From Psammoneis japonica (taxonomy: Eukaryota): a DNA stretch of 64,000 bases. Positions 59,645 through 64,000 of the stretch are shown here, one piece after another (positions within the stretch are counted from its first letter, which is position 1; every line of letters starts with the position of its first letter). Location of the stretch: assembly GCA_008632985.1 (NCBI GenBank), contig QPGO01000192.1, positions 1-64,000 of the forward strand, given 5' to 3'. The notes beneath the pieces are model-generated. The model saw only the letters and a program-made list of their open reading frames with translations, was not told the origin of the DNA and made no database searches. The translations under genes and the position numbers were made by a program.

Positions 59645-62140
59645 TGATCAATCATGCCAGATGACCAGGAATGCAGTGCAGTTGTTTTCAGCTCAGAACA
59701 CAAAATTGGATGAGGGCAACACATGGAGCAGCGTGCTCTCAGCAGCCTGCATGAGCTGCAGCATGACACACTGCTGCTCAAGCAAGCCCAGTGCAGCCAG
59801 TGTTTGGCAGAGATGCTACGATGCAAAATGTCCCCCCTCCCACCACTTCAAGTGAAGGAAGACTTGGGTTGCAGAAAGCACAGGCTTGCACACATTGACA
59901 ACAAGAGTGAGAACTCCAAGTGTGCAGAGAGGAGTGCCAACCTGCAGCAGTGCAGCTGGCACTTGTTGAGCAGCAGGAGCACAAGAGACAACAAAATGTG
60001 AGACTGACCATTGCACCAGCCCTGCTTGAGTTGTCAATGTGAACAACAATGGCGCTCTTCATGCACAAGATGGAGCATTGATGAACATGCACAACCCACA
60101 GCAGACAGCACCTGGTCATCAGCAAGACATCCGGTGCTCCACACGGCCCTTGTCATGGGAGAGCATGTGCTGCACTGACTGACAACAGGCAGATGCTAGC
60201 ACATGTCCTTTGATGCAACCTTCTCAGAGACAGTCAGGCACAGATGCATGTGTTGCACCAGTCACAAGCGCGAACACAACTTGCACTTGCTCTGCTGAGC
60301 AGACATGTTGGGATCATGGTCAGCACCAGCTGTGAGCAAATCTTTGTTGTGATGAGGTTGCACACTTGACAACTGCCCCCCAAAGTTGTGCTGAGTGAAG
60401 GAAGACTGCACCTGCAAAGCTGCATGTCCTGTGATGTGCAGCCCTTGCTGAGCACCAAGATGAGCTTGGAGTGGGGCTCTTTGTTGAAGAAGCTCATTGC
60501 ACATGCACACACAGTTTGTGTGACTGAACAACTCCCAGCAAAATGTGCCAACTCAGAACCATTTCTTGTTGGGTGGGCTGCCCCCCATCAAGCCATCCAC
60601 CCAATTTGATGCACTGGAGTGCAACGCAAATGTTTCAAAAATGGTGACCTCCTGGTTTGCTGCTGACTGCTCCTTTGAACTTGGAAGTCAAATGCAATAA
60701 ATTGTCCACTTTGCTGGCATCAGCTGCCTTCTTTGATGATTTTTTTTGTGTTTGTGTGTGTGCTCTTAAGTTCAACACTCTTTTGACAACAGCCAAGGCT
60801 CAGCTGCTCTTCGCACTGTGTTTTTGCACAACAATGCACCAGAAAAGATCTTCTGAGACTCTCAGTGTGTGATGGGGGTTTCATCAGCACAGAACTCACT
60901 TTTTGCAACATCACAGACCCAGTGCAAAATTTTTGTGCAGGTTTTTGCACTGCAAGAAAAATTGTTTCAAAAGCAATTTTTGAACAACATTTGACACACA
61001 GAGCAAAAGTTGAAAAAATTGCAGGATGAGTTGTGCCTCCAGCACACTCTTTGGTTGCTGCAAACTGCAGCTGAGGACCTTTGCCATGTTGACGTGCACT
61101 CATTGTGCCAACAACTGATGTGCTTCAAAGCCTCTCCACATGTTGTTGTTGTTGGGCTGCATGTTGTAAAATGATGCTGCAGCGCGGCCATTTTTGCTTG
61201 CAAATGACTTCCCAAAAGTTCACTGGGAAATGGCATGACTTTGCAACAAACAGGGCTTGTTGGACTTGCAAAAAATTTTGGTGGAGTCAAGCACAAATGA
61301 AAATGTGGGCAGCCATGACAACGGCGGCCATGATGCAAAGATGCGTGCTCACAGACCACAAGAAGACATCCAAGGCACCACCACCTCACTTTGGTGCAAC
61401 AGCAATGACACACAGATTGTTTGCACTGACAAATGCCCCAAATGCACAGATGGACAGAATTTGTTCTAACAGCAGCTGTGTGAGGCCAAACCCTTGAGCA
61501 GAGGCAGGCTCACATGGCCAGATCATTGTGAAATGATTTTCATCTGAAAACCAGAGCTGGCAACTCAGCTTCTGTTGTGCCTTGATGAAACTCATGCATC
61601 ACCATTCATGCTGTGAATTTTGGTGAGGCCTTGTGCATTTGTGCCCTTTTGACTCACATGTGCGCTGTCTTCCCCCTTCTTGCTCCTCCTCGTTTGTTCT
61701 GTGTGTGGGGTCTCCCTCTTGCCGCGAGCTGTCATCCCTCTGGGACTGACTTCCTCAACAATTTTTTTCTTCTGCAGCAAAAGGGCCATGGCAATCCAAC
61801 AACAAGGCCAAGTGATGGGCACAGCATCGGCGCCAGTTCACAATGAATGTGGTGACTTGGAGCTGTCATTTTGTCGACACTCTGAAGCTGGACAAGCTCT
61901 CAAGGCACAGATTTGTCATCAAGTGATTTTGGCACAAATTTTGCATGCCTCTTGAAGGTGATGCGGAGTTTGATTTGACTGACCAAAGCACCATGGCAGC
62001 TCTGAAGGTCTGGGTTGACTCTTCTGGCTCCCTTTCAGTTTGTGGCCTGGAAAAAATGGGGGTTTTGGAATTACACGTGGAAGCACGGCGTTAGCAGCTG
62101 GCCAGACACATTGAACATCTCGAGACTCATTAGACACTGA
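59645..62140. other. TpA-depleted degenerate repeat/TE-derived block, family unassigned
   Basis: Almost no TA and an excess of TG/CA. The same texture occurs at 1-1260, 4600-6200, 12290-14860 and 19380-20560. Confidence 0.6.
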
Positions 62141-62251
62141 CACGGCAATGGACAACTTGCCGTACAGTATGCCGTTCCTTCTTTAACTTCTTTTACGGCG
62201 TCGTTCCCCGAATACTGCATTAGCTTGTCGCTGCATTTGTTAGTCATCAAA

Positions 62252-62797
62252 ATGCCTCCACAAAGAAACCAGTCAAGCAACGAAAAAATCGTTTTGCCGG
62301 AGCGAGAATACGGCTACGCAACAAAACCTTACGAATGGAGCGAATTGATTGACATTATTGAACGACAACAAAATCTAGCAAAACTTGCAAGGAGCGTGAA
62401 GCAAGAAGAAGAATACCAGCTTTACCGACGGCAGATCCATAAAGAATGGAAATCGATGTTTGATCACGTTTTGCATTCCAAATTCTCATTTGAGAAACGC
62501 CGAACCCAACAAGACGTGTGGGAGGCCTTTCCGCCGCTATCACAAGTCACGGCAATACGAAAAATACTTGTTCCAAACGATTTCCCATACTATAATTCTC
62601 CAGGCATTGAGCACTGGGTACTATGGCAAATCAATCAGGATATTCGGAAGGAGGATATTATTCAGGCCAAGGCCGATTTACGTAAAATGCTCGGAGATGT
62701 GAAGGACCTGCTTCATTGGGTCAATCCGCCTCATTTAAAGAGCTTGCCAGAGATTGATCATGTTCACATTCTGTGCCTGCGAAGTGATTCAGAATAG
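62252..62797 (+). CDS. DUF3605 / GIG1-like protein (HIT-like fold)
   Basis: NDFPY, GIEHWVLW and WVNPPHLKSLPEIDHVH. Confidence 0.8.
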   Translation: MPPQRNQSSNEKIVLPEREYGYATKPYEWSELIDIIERQQNLAKLARSVKQEEEYQLYRRQIHKEWKSMFDHVLHSKFSFEKRRTQQDVWEAFPPLSQVTAIRKILVPNDFPYYNSPGIEHWVLWQINQDIRKEDIIQAKADLRKMLGDVKDLLHWVNPPHLKSLPEIDHVHILCLRSDSE

Positions 62798-62880
62798 GCT
62801 CTCTATTGTGCTTGAGATTAAAGGAAGACGAAAGTAGTAGCATATTGTAAAGACGCAAGTCTGCCGTGCGTAGCTTGTCC

Positions 62881-64000
62881 TTACGCGTCGATTGGCACTC
62901 TTGCACCACTAGCACCGGCTTGCATTGGTGACGCCGAACCATTTCTAAGAAACTCTTTGGCGATGATTGTAGGTACTGATTCGACAAGTCCACAACAAGA
63001 TTCTGCAATCTGCGCGAGAAATGAGCCTTCCATATCCAGAGCCGTTGCCAACACTTGATCAGTCTCGTCGTCACCGTCGTTGGGCCAAAGAAGTGCACGG
63101 GTCAAGGCCGCACATGCTAGCCGCTTTCGGCTGACTGTTCTGCCTTTTATCCCTAGCCGCTCTTTAAGCCAAGAGACGAGCCAAGGCGTTCCGGAGTGAG
63201 ACTCATCGAGGCGGAGCCAAGTCCGGAAACACGACCGAGCTGCAAACACAGGATCCACCCTTCCACGCTTGTGGGAACTGTCGAATTCGCCATACGTTTT
63301 GACACTCAGGACATGCTCATCCAAAAGCCAGAGAATGTGACGGTGGCCATCCTTTAAAGTGAAACCGTCTTGAGCTTCCTTGCCGTTTGAGGAGTTCAGC
63401 GTTGTACTAGAATCAGACGACAGCCGGTGGCCCAAAAGGAAGGCTTCAGCATCGTCCATGTTCATACCCGCTCCCTTGATTAACACATCGCAACACTTTA
63501 GCACCAATCCATCGCGCCCTCCAATTAAATTTGCTCCCGCTGACACGTTGCCAGACACGACGCAAAGCCTCATTATTGTCTTGCCATCAAATGCAAAAAC
63601 AGGCTCCTCCGCTTCCTTTCGTCCTGCCAGATAGCATGCAGCATCCAGTAAGGACTGGGAGGAAACGCGAGAATCATCTCGCCATGCTTCGTTTCTCTGT
63701 TTCAAAAGGAGTAGCGAAGAAATGAACAAATCGTAATCGAGCCCCCCGCGTTCTGGTTCCGCGATAAGCGCTCCTTGGAGATTTCGGACTTCCTCCAAAT
63801 GCTTCTGGACGCCATCACTGTCGTTAGCAACTATTGTCGAGTCTGCATGAAACCCTTCCATTTGACAGCCTGTATTGTCCAGGCAAGCAGTACAAAGCTG
63901 CTTTAAGAAGAGAGTAGGAACCGCTACAGTCGATCCTTGAGCCTCGATAGAGTGGCGAACGCATTTTAATATCCAAGAGCGCACTTCAGCCTCCCGTATT
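62881..64000 (-). CDS. 3' part of a large protein of unknown function (runs off the window)
   Basis: Open frame of at least 367 aa with normal composition, continuing to the window edge. Confidence 0.75.
   Translation of the reverse strand, partial: IREAEVRSWILKCVRHSIEAQGSTVAVPTLFLKQLCTACLDNTGCQMEGFHADSTIVANDSDGVQKHLEEVRNLQGALIAEPERGGLDYDLFISSLLLLKQRNEAWRDDSRVSSQSLLDAACYLAGRKEAEEPVFAFDGKTIMRLCVVSGNVSAGANLIGGRDGLVLKCCDVLIKGAGMNMDDAEAFLLGHRLSSDSSTTLNSSNGKEAQDGFTLKDGHRHILWLLDEHVLSVKTYGEFDSSHKRGRVDPVFAARSCFRTWLRLDESHSGTPWLVSWLKERLGIKGRTVSRKRLACAALTRALLWPNDGDDETDQVLATALDMEGSFLAQIAESCCGLVESVPTIIAKEFLRNGSASPMQAGASGARVPIDA

Noticed and set aside
1..62140. Hundreds of short Cys/His-rich ORFs in all six frames
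   Set aside because: They are a by-product of TpA loss, which removes TAA/TAG stops and converts Tyr to Cys or His; they are not metal-binding proteins.

Overview
Eukaryotic genomic DNA, most likely a pennate diatom. This is inferred from GT-AG introns, signal peptides ending in an AxA-F type plastid motif, a FAD6-type desaturase and a CoDi-like copia gag. About ten host genes lie in islands: DUF2269-like, LCM-type methyltransferase, ricin-lectin, FG-GAP propeller, ferric reductase/NOX, METTL21-like, coiled-coil, SulP, FAD6 and DUF3605. They are separated by nested transposon blocks. The largest block (23.2-50.2 kb) holds a head-to-tail array of a roughly 5.2 kb Dada-like DDE transposon with an embedded DnaQ/WRN exonuclease, several MITE families, a tRNA-carrying TRIM-like element and a pol-less copia-like element. 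The most striking signal is compositional: repeated DNA has lost almost all TpA dinucleotides through TA>TG and TA>CA transitions, turning conserved Tyr codons into Cys or His, while unique genes are untouched. This looks like a repeat-targeted A:T>G:C hypermutation process running in the opposite direction to fungal RIP. All counts are by eye, and family assignments rest on recalled motifs rather than database searches.
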